Assembly: GCA_012295275.1 (NCBI GenBank)
Contig: CM022670.1
Span: 9,796,001-9,860,000, forward strand
DNA: 64,000 nucleotides
DNA from: Chrysomallon squamiferum
Taxonomy: Eukaryota; Animalia; Mollusca
Direction of reading: 5' to 3'
Below, piece by piece: positions 1-12,773 of the stretch. A program made the position numbers and the translations under genes. The notes under the pieces were generated by a model. The model saw only the letters and a program-made list of their open reading frames with translations, searched no databases and had not been told where the DNA came from. Each line of letters begins with the position of its first letter. Positions within the stretch are counted from its first letter, which is position 1.

Positions 1-1031
1 TACACACTTTGATTGTAAGCTTCCTTCATGTCCATTGGTTCATGCACCTATGCTATTATTGAAGCTGACAACAGCTATTAATTTATGTCAAGTCTACTAT
101 ACATCCTTCAGGCTTGTAATTCTGAATATAATGGGAAAAATCTCACTCACTGTCAGCATAATTCCCCACTCTGTTGACTTACATACCAGATATTTAGATG
201 CGGTGCTACCTTAGAATACCTAGAAGATTAATATTCAGAATTTTGTTCAGTTAACATACTTCAGCAGATAATATAAGCACATGCCTTCTGTACATATTTG
301 TCTAAAATTAAGACTAAAAGATAATTAGATGTAATCTTTAGAAAGTTTAACTAGAATTAATATTTAACTCAGGTCTGTTATAAAAATGAAAATCAGGTTA
401 ACAACCAAAATGATAATTGTAAATAGATTGATTAAAATCTTAAATGAAAATTATAACCAACTGACATTAGTTATTAGATTAATAACTAACTGGAATTAGA
501 TTAGTAATAAGATTAAATTTAAAATCTTCACTTTTATAAACATGACCTAGTGAATTCTATAATGTTTATTTTATTTAAAGTAGATATCATTTATTAGACA
601 TTTACTGGTTTCTTTCAGTTCTTTTAATGGGTTACTGATGCAGGATAGTCTGTATTAACTCTACAAGCTCTATGAATTCCATCACGACAGACTATTACTC
701 TTGTGTTTACCAGACTGACAGGTATCAACCAGTCAGTGGGTAATTACTAGTGGTATGTCACCTCTTGCCAAACTACCACCAGTAAAATTATTCAGTGCTT
801 GTCACTATTCTTGACAACTCTTAGACTTTGCAGTATACAAAAAGTGTAAATTAATTTTAAAGAATAATAAAAATAATAATAAATAAAAAACAGGGCCAAG
901 AAAAAAAAATTTGAACCTTTAATTTGCCCCCAAAAATTGGGTATGTTAGAAAGTAATACCTGCTAGTACTTATCAACTTTTAAAGAAATGAGGAACATAG
1001 AGAGTGGTTTTTATATGTATTTCTCTCTGTT

Positions 1032-1033
<2 letters not shown>

Positions 1034-1108
<75 letters not shown>
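1034..1108. repeat. (CT)n microsatellite
   Basis: Perfect dinucleotide run. Similar runs lie at about 6868-6932, 49452-49526, 55115-55190 and 56554-56610. Confidence 0.95.
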
Positions 1109-1112
<4 letters not shown>

Positions 1113-3352
1113 CAGCCAATAGACCTATCTATCAACCTCACTGAGTATCTACATCTATCTCTTCTTCTTTCTATCTCTTTCTTAATAACAAATGCAATCA
1201 TCACACCTTAAATTAGAAACTTATTTTTTCTTTTTTTTTGAAAGGAAAACAAAAAAAATGAAAGATCCATTAACATAAGCTCCTCATCGGATTTGTTCTA
1301 ACACCTGTAAAGTGGAACTAACAGATGCCTTTGTGATTCTATCAACTACAGAGTAAGCACGGTCTTACTATTTAAAGTGTTTTAACACTATCTCAGCTGA
1401 TAAAATCAAAGTGGTTTTACTCAGATTTCCTGATTACATCAGAGTATATCTACAGGCCAGCTAAGCTGATACCACTCTCTTTTTTTCAAAATGTATTTTG
1501 GACCTATGCAGTTAAACGCCTCAGCAATATATAAATGATAAGATTTAGTTTAAAATTTAAAAATATTTATACATTACAGTTAAATGTGTATGCTTGTCTA
1601 CATGAGTATCTCTGTTTGTATAATTGATTTCAACATGAACTAATACAGTTATTTTGTTATCCTTCAGATACAACACCTATGGTATGTAATTTCTTGAAGC
1701 AACAAAGATTTTGTTTAAAAAGATCAACTAATACTAGTTCAAGAATAACCCTTTATTGATAGTATATCCATATCTGTCTTTATTTTTCAGATAAGATTTT
1801 TTTTATTTTTTTTAATGCATTACGCATGTTTGTCTCGAATAAACTACATATGGAATTTCACATAAAATTCTGTTTTAAACAATTAGCTGCCATTACTGGT
1901 GATGTTACAGCGGCAAATATCTTTTCCAACAATGCAGAAAATAAACGTGACTTCTTTGTTATACAAAAAAAACAGCTGATGCAGAGTTTTTCTACAATCT
2001 TTTCGTTCTTTTCTTCATGAAGTGGATACATCTGTTGGCAATAGCTCTGAAGATACATCTATAACCTGCTCATAAATGAAACCAACTTGTTAGTCAGAGA
2101 TGCCACCCCCACAAATAGTTGCATCAGCCAAAACACAAGTCAGGGCTGTGGGTTTTTTATCAAACATTTAGAGTAAGCTAAATAAAAGGATAATTATTAA
2201 CATGATCATTTAGCTAAGACTGACAATTAATGTATGTTAATGGCAGGTCTGTTCTGAAGGAAGGTTACAAGAAAAGAAAATTAATTTCTGAACAAACTCA
2301 TTTTCCATAACACAGAGCAAAAATCAATGATTTTATTTAAATAATAATTATTTTACTGGTTTAAAAAAAAATAATAATAAATGTATTTTTGTGTTTATGT
2401 TACATATAAAAAATAAAAATATTTAAAACAGAATTAAAACCTTTGTTTTTGTAATTTGACCCAGTCTTAACTGGCTTTTTGCAATAAGGTGAGACAATTG
2501 TAATTCTAATAGTTATTAGTTCTATTATTACAACTATTATGGCCAATACAAAACTAATACTAATTACTGAAGAATAGTATATTAATCATTAAAAACATAC
2601 CCTTAATTCAAAACTGTTTAAAATACATACCTAAATTACAGAAAATACTGTAACAGTAAGAATTAAGCTGTGAACAACTGTTAATAACTTAGATTTTTTA
2701 AAGTAATGGTAACAACAATTTATGTTAGAAATGTCATAAACTGGGTGTTTATTATTTAAACAGTGACCTGCTGTAGATAGATACATAAATGTGTAAGTAA
2801 TTTACATCTGCTGCTAAGTTAAGTAGTATGATCATGATCCAAACACAGTAAAAGCAACAAGGATCCCTCCACAAAACAGTTATAAAAATGAAAATTAACA
2901 CCCTTTTACAAAGAATCTTATAAAAAGGAAACAAAGTATTCTTCAACCAAGTATCTGTACAAAGAGGATTGTCTGTCACCAGCTGTGCAGTAAATGAGTT
3001 ATGTTACAGTGTTTATACAATAAATGACTTATGTTACAGCATTTTGTGACACTGTGCTATTAACATGGGCACTGGGGTGATAACATGATACCTGTAACCA
3101 TGGGGAATCTCACCATCACTCTTAAAGTAGCCAAGCCATGCTGTCAGTCAGTACACTTTGACTTCAGCTAAAGCTAGAAAATGTCACTGGTTTCCGATTT
3201 TTTTCACATAATTTATAATTAACAAAGGTTATTTTTTTTTTATGAAAGGCATCGCTAAGCCTACTGTATAAACAAAAATATGACTATATAAGCAAACTAT
3301 GTGACTTTTAAATATAAATTATGAAAAGGGAATTTCTTTTTTCCTTTTACTT

Positions 3353-3383
<31 letters not shown>

Positions 3384-4856
3384 ATGCATTAATTTTTTTT
3401 TTTTTTTTTTTTCTAATAAATAAAATAATGTCAAAATTCTATTTTTCTTTCAACAATAAATTTGTATAGCATGTAAATCTATGCTATTTTTTATTTGCAT
3501 TTTGAATATTCCATTGTTGGAAATTCAAAAAGAAATTTTACAAGGACAAAATAAGTATGATAAAAAAACTGAAATTTAACCCTGAGTTACTTCTTTCTTT
3601 TTTTTTTTCTTCTTTTTAATTCAGTATCATTCAGATAATTTTTCTCTTTTACATGTTAAACCACCTACATAGAGTTCACACATAAAATTAGGTCTCACTG
3701 TAATTCACATTAATCTTGATTTTATCATTAATCAAATATTTTATTTTATTTTTAAATGATAAAAGAATTAATTATATTGTTGGGGTTTTTTGTGGTTTTT
3801 TAATAACAGTAATAAATAAATTATATTTTTAATTCTTCACAGATTACAGAAATGAATCTAAAAATTTGACTTTCAAATCTTGAAGTGTTAGAAGGTCAAT
3901 TTCAAGGTCAAAGGATACGAATCAAAATGTTTCTTTTTTCTTTCTTTTTTTTCTTTTTTAAAAGAAAACTAATAAAATCTCTGTCATAGTTTTTGATTAA
4001 AAGTACCTTTATCAGCAATAACTTTTTCAGTTTTATTTATTTATTTTAAATGATACTTAACAAAGTTTTAAAACTTTTTTGAGATTTGCATTTTTGTTCA
4101 AACTAAAACCTAAGAAATAAAATTTTCTTTATATTTTTCTTTATTTTATTTTATTTGTTTTTTTATTTTATATTTTTTTCTTTGTAATATTACATCATAT
4201 AACAAGAATATTTTTTCAAAAAAGATTAATGAATTTGTTTTTTTGGATGATGCAACACAGAAAAATCCCTTTTTAAATTTGTACTAAATTGTGTATTTTG
4301 ATGTTCAATTTACAAAAATGAATACAATGCATCATTTACAAACATATTTAAAAAAAAAAAAAAAAAAAAAAAAGTTAAGAATTATTGACCATGTTTACAT
4401 TAAATTAATTTTTGTATATAAATTAATAATAAATTATTTTATTTGAAAAGAAAATAGAAACAAAAAGATGGGGAAAAAATCCAGACTGAGACTGATTGGA
4501 ATACATTTATTTTCTAACTGGCTTCAGTTAATGAAAAATACAATGTATATAAATAATAAATAACTTTAAAACCTTTCATTATAATTTTTACTCAGTAACA
4601 ATATATTTACTTTCAAATATGTACTTCTTTTATATCTGTTAATCATCTTTTATTATTATAATTGTAGTTATTTTATTTAAGCTATGTATTTTGTTTCACT
4701 ATTTATGTATTAGTATTTTTTATTTATTTATTTATTTATTTATTTACTATGGTGACTCGTACGATAATGTGAAGTCTATAAATTAACATGAAAAAAATAA
4801 AAAATAATAATAATAATAAAAATTCCCTCTCTTTTACAAATCGTCTGTCAACTTAC

Positions 4857-5053
4857 AGTATCGTTGTCTCAGACGGTACTCTTGGGACATTCTCGAGGTG
4901 CAGAAACATGCACCTAACTGTCGTACGAAAACACAAACATCGATGTGGACAGTTCGTACTCTGCGACAGCACGCCACTAACGAAAACCGCTAGCAGCAGC
5001 ACACCACTCAGCATCTTCTTAGCGGTACACATCCTATCCCGTGCAGTGTGCAT
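4857..5053 (-). CDS. PXDN: Peroxidasin, first coding exon (signal peptide + LRR N-terminal cap); remainder of the gene lies beyond the left window edge
   Basis: Encodes MHTARDRMCTAKKMLSGVLLLAVFVSGVLSQSTNCPHRCLCFRTTVRCMFLHLENVPRVPSETTIL, matching the peroxidasin LRRNT motif CPxRCLCFRTTVRCM. Ends at a GTAAGT donor (4856-4851, phase 2). The start could also be ATG 5032 or 5014. No further exon recognised in 1-4850. Confidence 0.88.
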
Positions 5054-5338
5054 ATTACATACGCGCACCTAGTCCGCACGAGCTTATTGTTTTGGTTGGT
5101 GAGCACCGCTTCGGGTTAAACTCAGTGTATATCAAGCCGCTTAATAAAATTAGTCCCGGAATTTAAAGTTTGTAGTTTGTTTAAAACCGCTAAAAACATC
5201 ACTACTTTTCGAACACAAAAAAAGTATTTTGTGTATACATTTAAGAGTGTAGGAAATTAAAATTTTATTGACTAATTAAATCAAATACATTGACAGTTAG
5301 TGAAGGCGTATGAATATCCTAAGGGTTGACCCGCATGA

Positions 5339-5348
5339 GGGATTTTCC
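5339..5348 (+). promoter_or_regulatory. NF-kB consensus site upstream of peroxidasin
   Basis: GGGATTTTCC fits GGGRNWYYCC, about 290 bp upstream of the first ATG. Confidence 0.35.
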
Positions 5349-5587
5349 CTGTTTTAATCAAAGATTAATTTATTTATATGACAAATACCAGCAGGCGGTG
5401 ATCTTGTAAAATTTAAATTGGACAAAATAGAGTGAATAATTTATTGATTTAAATTAAATACTGCAGTGTTTATAAATATAAATATATATCGACATTATGC
5501 GAATTTATATAGTTATTAAATATTCGTTATATAAATATTTGGGTGAGGATCGTAATATATTTTATTTTATATTTTTATGTATTTATT

Positions 5588-5638
<51 letters not shown>

Positions 5639-6165
5639 TAAGTGCCTATATACACATTCATATATGTGTGCGTCTGTCTGTAACTGTGCGTCCGTGTGTC
5701 TACGTGTGTACTCTCAAAGCAGAAATATATTTTTGTATTTTTCTTATATTCGTGACAACGCATCGTTATGTATATTTACTGGGCAGCTTTAACCACTAAA
5801 ATAGATTTTTAAAAATAATAATATAAAGAAAAATAAACCGCTATAATTAAATACTGCATTAATTAGAAAGCATCATAATATTTTAACTGAAAAACTGTTC
5901 TAGGGATTGATTTCATGTTTCTAAAACTTTGCTAGCCATTGTGAAAATGGCTTTAGTCGAGGGAGGGACTTTTTACTTCTGTTACCAGTTTTATGTAATA
6001 AAGATTAGAAATAGTAAATTCACTTAAATGATTCGGATTAAATTTTAAAATCATCAAAAATAATTTTAATTAAATAGTTTAAATGTAATTGTGAGTCTGC
6101 AAGCAAATAGGTAAATACACACACACACCTCATACATGAACACACTTTATATAATTATATATATT

Positions 6166-6169
<4 letters not shown>

Positions 6170-6204
<35 letters not shown>

Positions 6205-6294
6205 GACAAACTGGCCTACGCAAAATCGTTTAAAATCCATCCTTCAAAAAAATACGTCCAATATCTGTGGAATTTGCTTTTAAGAAAATAATCG

Positions 6295-6334
<40 letters not shown>

Positions 6335-6428
6335 GACAAACTGGCCTACGCAAAATCGTTTAAAATCCATCCTTCAAAAAAATACGTCCAATATCTATGG
6401 AATTTGCTTTTAAGAAAATAATCGAACG
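6170..6428. repeat. Direct tandem duplication of about 130 bp bounded by (CA)n
   Basis: CACAGACAAACTGGCCTACG...AATAATCGAAC occurs twice with one substitution (TCTGTGG versus TCTATGG). Confidence 0.9.
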
Positions 6429-6865
6429 TGACCACTTTTCCCAGGAAACGTGATTCACTTTAAACCGAGGCTCTAACATCATCGCACACGTAAATGAGTA
6501 ACGGCCACACCTAGATTTCCCTAGCAAACTGAGATGGGGATAATTTTCTGCAGATTCTATTAAAGAAGATTATGCTGTATTTATTTTTATCTAAATGTGT
6601 ATACAAAATATCTAAATATAAAGTTAAAAAAAAAAAAAAAAAAAAAGATTCCCAGCTGATACAAAAGTCTATCACAACAACGATACATTATTTACAAAGA
6701 TGGTACTGTTTGAGGTATATGAGAGAGAATGAGAAAGAGAAGGAAAGGGAGGAAGCGAGAGATAAAGTAGGCGCGCGCGCATGGTTTTAAAAGATCAGAT
6801 AAAAATGTTTATGAAAATGTCGATTAATAAAATACACTACTTCCGTTAACGTTTAGTTTTTGAGT

Positions 6866-6936
<71 letters not shown>

Positions 6937-7998
6937 AAAAAACCGAAAACAAGATATTTAATTTTTATAGCTAATAGCGATTAATGGAATGTAGGGTTGC
7001 TGTTCTTAGTTGAGGACAGTGAAGATTTTTATGGAATACTCATGACTTTATAATACTCACACGTTGTTTAAAAAAAAAAAAAAAAAAAAAAGATTAATAT
7101 GTTGATTAACAGCATACAGATATAGCTGTTTTAGCCCCGTCTAAGATCAAATATTAAGACGATTTATCATCTTTAACCTATGACAAACATTTATTCAGTC
7201 AGATTTAGACTTCATAATATAATCTTAGTACGAGCAGGTGCTGAAAGGGGGGCAGTGGGATCAACAGCCCCCGACACATACTTCAGATGTGAGGGAATTC
7301 AAACAGTTAAATTAAAATTAATGTGTATTTTTTTAAAATAATTTTTGTTCTTTATTTTTTTTATTTTTTTTTAATTTTTTTTTTTTGTTGTTGTTTATTT
7401 TTTTTTATTATTATATATATTTTTTTTTTTTTTTTTTTATATCAATTTTTTTTTTTTTAAATTTGAAATGATATCTATTAGCTTCGTCTTACAAACAGCC
7501 CTGCAGTTCCTCAAGCTGGTGTGAACGTGGCTCCGTGTAGAGAACGCACCAGTCTGCGTAATACTGATAAAGTATCAGTTAATCGCCGCGTTGATGTTGA
7601 TCATTGAGGGATTCCACCGCAACACGTTGTTTAACTTACTTTAAAAATAATAATAGAAACATATCTGAGATCTTCCTTGTCACACGAGCGACTAATTTGG
7701 CTTTAGTCAGCACTGAAAAAATAAATGAAGTAGACTGACTGTTTCCTGAAAATGATATCTCATTTGGTCCTTCGAATTTAATTAATGTTGCTGATTTATA
7801 TTTAATTAAAATATAAATTTTATTTCATCATATTTTTTTAATTTTTCCTTTTTATTATTATTATAAGTTTGACATATTTAAGACGTTATCTTTTCTCACA
7901 TTTCTCATTTTTAGACCCAAACCTTCTTGGGGACATGCAGTCAATGTTGGAACCGGTCATCACCAAACCTGTGAGATCCGATCTATTATTATTCGATC

Positions 7999-8040
<42 letters not shown>

Positions 8041-8634
8041 ACTACATTAACATCAACGATGTTTGGTTTACTGTTTTTATTTATTTATTTTATTTTATTA
8101 TGATTATTTTTTATGAGGGATATCTGAGTGCTGCGTTTTTTTTTTTTTTTTTTTTTTTAGCTGTTTGCTTTTTAATTATTATTATTATTAATATTCTGTT
8201 TGTTTGTTTTGAGGTTTGTTTTATTTATTTATTTTATATTATTCGCTGCGGCGTGTTGTTCATGAACTGAGTAATGTTTCGTCGACTATAAATGTGTTGG
8301 CCTTTGTTATCGGCTGCTGCAAGGTGTTTGTTTTCATAAACGTATATTTTTAACACCATGCATTTCGTGAGGTCGGAGGTTGTGTGCGATTCCGTATTTT
8401 TTCCATATTTGCAAAAAGGAGAACATTAAACTATTTTTTAATTATTATTATTATTTTTTTTTTTTTAATTGCGACACATATTTCTAACCTAAATTAAACA
8501 TGTTTAATGATGATATTAAATACAAAAGGTTGTATAAAAAATAATTGTCGATTTATCAAATATGACTATAACGTAATATTTTGTTTTTCTAAACACACAC
8601 ATATCGATTTCAAAATTGCTAAAAAGAAAAAAAG

Positions 8635-8670
<36 letters not shown>

Positions 8671-9254
8671 ATAAAATTAATCATTTTGTCGATTCGTTTC
8701 TAATTTGTTCAAAATTTCGCTAACCGACGGCGAAACACGAACTGATAAAATGAAAGCCCGCCTGCACTGAAAAACTGTTTATTGTTACATTCGTTCTTGT
8801 TTGTGACGTTTGGTGAACAAAATTAAATGGGTTATTTTCGTAATTGTTAGTCACGACTGGTGAAAAATGGTATATGTTAGTTTGTGTGTAAACTGGATAA
8901 CGGCAACTGTTCAGAAATATTAATTGTTACGAATTGATATCCATTCGTGTTTGAAGGGAATTCACGAAAACAGGGGAGACAATCCAGCACATTCTTATTA
9001 TTATAGGACTGTTTTGTCACTGTAAAAAAGCAAATTAATAATAAATAAATCAATAAAAAAAAAAAAAATAAATTAAATTAAATAACCAAATCGATTTAAT
9101 TTTATTTATTTATTTATTTATTCATTTATTTTGTGTTGGAAAAGGAAAAATATATTTAATTATAAGAAATGATGCCTCAAAGTAATAAATAAATAATAGT
9201 TTCATATTTAAATAATACTAATAGTAGTAGGTAGTAGTAGTACTAGTAGTAGTA

Positions 9255-9292
<38 letters not shown>

Positions 9293-10675
9293 TTTAAAAA
9301 GGAAAAAAAGGAAAAATAATAATCATAAATAAATCTGTACAAAAAAAACTAACAAGCTTTTTAAATGAAATCTATTTGCAGAATGTTAATTTTAAATTCA
9401 TTTAAAACAAAACATTTTCATGCAAAAATAATCTTATGTTAAAACAACATTGTTATCAAACATTAATTATATAAAAGTAAAATAATAATAAATTCTTCAC
9501 ATACATTTGACCTGAGAGTTCAGAATATGTAAATCTTACAATATCTATGTATGATAATTCTTTGTAAGTTATAAATATCCATCAACTTAAATTTTAAAAC
9601 CAATTTAAATAATAATTTGATGACAATAATTATTATGAAATAGTTTTGCCAGGAAAGTTGTATTTTATTTCTAATGGAAACTCAGATCTCATTCAAATGA
9701 GACTACAAATGTATGGTTCTGAAAAACATTTAACTGCATCCTTACTTTCAGTCTGCAGGCCAATATAGCATGAAAACAGCCATTTCTTTTTTTCTACTAT
9801 TGTTCTTGTAGTTGCTGTAGTAGCCTTTGACTAATTACAATTTACAATCATATTAATGAAAAATTAATTCATTGAACTGGCTCAGATGATATTGAAAAAC
9901 TTGAATCCAATTATTCATTATTTGCATTAAACTACAAATTTAATAATTTTGACTGACAGAATATTAATGTACAAACTGCATATCACATTATTAATCTACA
10001 CACTGCTAATCACAGTTTTAACCTACACAGTGCTCATCACAGTATTAATTTACATAGTGCTGTTCAGAATATTAATAATCATAGAGCTAATTTAAATATT
10101 AATACATATACAGCTAGTCAGAATGTTAATATACAATTTTATTGCTATGGGAAATAATTCTGTCGCAAAAATTCATTTTCACATTTTGTCATGCTATTAA
10201 TTTTCAAAAACATTCTAACAACATATATTTCTCAATAAATGTACATAAATATTTATAATTTAGCATAATAATACATTTTGCTATAATTACAGCTATTTTA
10301 TACAATAAGCACTGCATTTTAAAATTTTCAGAAAATATTCAGTATGTACAATCTAACTCTGAAAATAATAAGTGAGATAATTAAGAAAATATTAAATTAT
10401 ATATCATGTTTCTGTGCATTAATTGTGCAAAAAGATAATAAATATATGTTTGTGCAAGGTATTTTAATTATTTTAAGGATTAAAAGATAAACCTAAGAAA
10501 ATATATAAATATTCTCCATTGCATTTCTGTACAAGCATGTCAAAACTGTAAATGTCTAAATATTTTATTAAAAATTAAATAGCTGAAAAATTAATTCCTT
10601 GGTTTTAATTTTAATTTTAATTTTAATTTTTTAATTTTTTTTAAACTATTTTATTATCATATAAAGTATTTTCTA

Positions 10676-11167
10676 TTAGACATTTGGTCCAGAAGAAAAA
10701 AGGAACTGCTTTAAATCCCTCCTTCGAACTGGAGATCCACAGCAAGGGCATAATTTATTGCTCTGCAAAAAAAAAAAAAAAAAAAAAATAAATGATAATA
10801 AAATATATTAAAAAATAACAAACATTTAAAATATTTATATATCATAAAACAATATAAACCAAAAATAAAAAATAAATAAATAATAATAACAATAAAAAAC
10901 ACTTAAAATGTTATATTTTCTGAATATTTGACTAACATATTAACTGAACCTTGAATTATAATTAGGTAATTAAAATTAGATAAACTGTTCTGCTTAAATG
11001 CTTAAAATATTTGAAAGATCTGGTACTTTATTACAGTTAATGATATTTGCAATGTGACATAAAATTTACCTTTATAACTTTTTTCCAACACAAAAAACAG
11101 CAGACATGAGAGCATGTGGCTTGGAATGGGATATGAGAATCAGATCCACAAAGAGCACAGATATAAC
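10676..11167 (-). CDS. RTEL1: RTEL1 last two exons encoding a C3HC4 RING finger
   Basis: 11167-11070 spliced to 10762-10676 gives [61 protein letters not shown]-stop, pattern C-x2-C-x11-C-x-H-x2-C-x2-C-x10-C-x2-C. Confidence 0.85.
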
Positions 11168-12742
11168 CTTTAAAAATAATAATAACAAATTAAATAAATA
11201 AATAATAATTCTAATAATAATAAGAAGAATAATAATGACTTAAAAAAAAAAAATGAAATAAGATCCAGTCAAAAAATGAAAATTAAGATGAAATTTTTAA
11301 ATTTTTTGTAATTTATAATACACTATTTATTTAAAATGAAGAAAAAAATTATGTACATGTAATAACAACAGTATCCATAAATTATTAATGATCTTAATAA
11401 ACAGTAAAATTAACAATGAAAATGTAACTGTGGTCCATGAATTAATAGAAACAAAAAACTGACTGTTTGTTTCTTTATAAAAATTTCCAAGTAATAAATA
11501 AAAAAGGTCATTATCCACCCCCAACAACAAAATAGTATAAATGAAAATTAGCTCATAAACATTACCAGACTTGGAAAATCTCGTTGATGTCTGTGACATA
11601 CGTATTGCTGTCTCACATTTCTCCACTCCACTACTAGGTCCTGGTCCATCAGACGTCTGCTTATCACCCAAATGCTTATTAGAGTCAACTGATGAAGTGT
11701 TATCACTGATATCAGGTTTATGAATGCTGTGGTCATCATCAGACAATGATTTTGTGGAAGGTTGTTTGTTTTCTTTAAGTCCATTTAAAACCACAGTGCT
11801 GGGAATACATGAGAGTCCTCTGGAAAGTTTATGGGTGGGTTCACCGTCAACTGTGTTGATTGCTGTTTTACCCACCTCTGAAGCAGACAGCAATTTTGAA
11901 GTGGAGGAAGACCTATTGGTTGAATTATTTTCAATTTCAGATGATGAATCTGTTTTAGCTCTTTTCCCAGCAGGTTCTGTAGATAAAATGATTACAAATT
12001 TTGATTTTGTTAAATAAATTTTTTTTTTTTTCATTCTTCAGAAGAGTTATTTTTTTTTTTTTAATTTATGTTTTTCTGTTCTTTTTTTTAATTTGTACTC
12101 ACCTGAAATCAATAAAATGTGCAGGTATAATTAGCATTTTTTAAAAATTATCTTATTCTTAATTTCAGATAATTTTACTAGACAGTTAATATCTTCAAAA
12201 AAGTTTTGTCAAACCTAAAAAACTTTTATTATTTAAATAAAATTGATATACTGTTTAAGCTTATTTAAATATTATTTTTATACTAATGTCTGTTTTTCTG
12301 CCTATCTTCTATAATAAAATATTTAAAATATGCCTTTGATGTGAAAATGTCTGAATCACAGACATTGTCACACATAATAACTGAATCAAAATATTATTTA
12401 AAAAAAACTAAATAATAATAATAAAATAAAATTCATTACAAAATTCTATTTAACAATCAACTGTTAACATCAAAACCAAAGAAAAGTATTATAAAGCATA
12501 TAGCAGAAATATATTCTTTCACTTTGTTCTTTCAGCATCGAATATCTTTAATTCACACACTATTTTACAATGAACTGTTAATATAAAAACAAAATCTGCA
12601 ATCCCCCACTAGAGTAACATTAAAAATCTTATTTTAAAAATAACTGTTATAAATCCCTTTACCAAACTCATATTCTAAAGAATAATAAAAAAAAATTCTT
12701 TAAAAGTCAACTGTTATAAATGCATTTATCAAAAATAAAGAA

Positions 12743-12773
<31 letters not shown>

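Noticed and set aside
7059-7634. 13-bp direct repeat ACACGTTGTTTAA suggesting a retro-insertion target-site duplication
   Set aside because: The adjacent poly-A is on the wrong side for either orientation, and there is no recognisable SINE or LINE body.
5497-8270. ORFs with poly-Y/L/I/F or alternating-residue tracts (also at 16075-16597, 48636-49114, 54840-55256, 56432-56668)
   Set aside because: Translations of (TAT)n, (GA)n, (GT)n and poly-T microsatellites.
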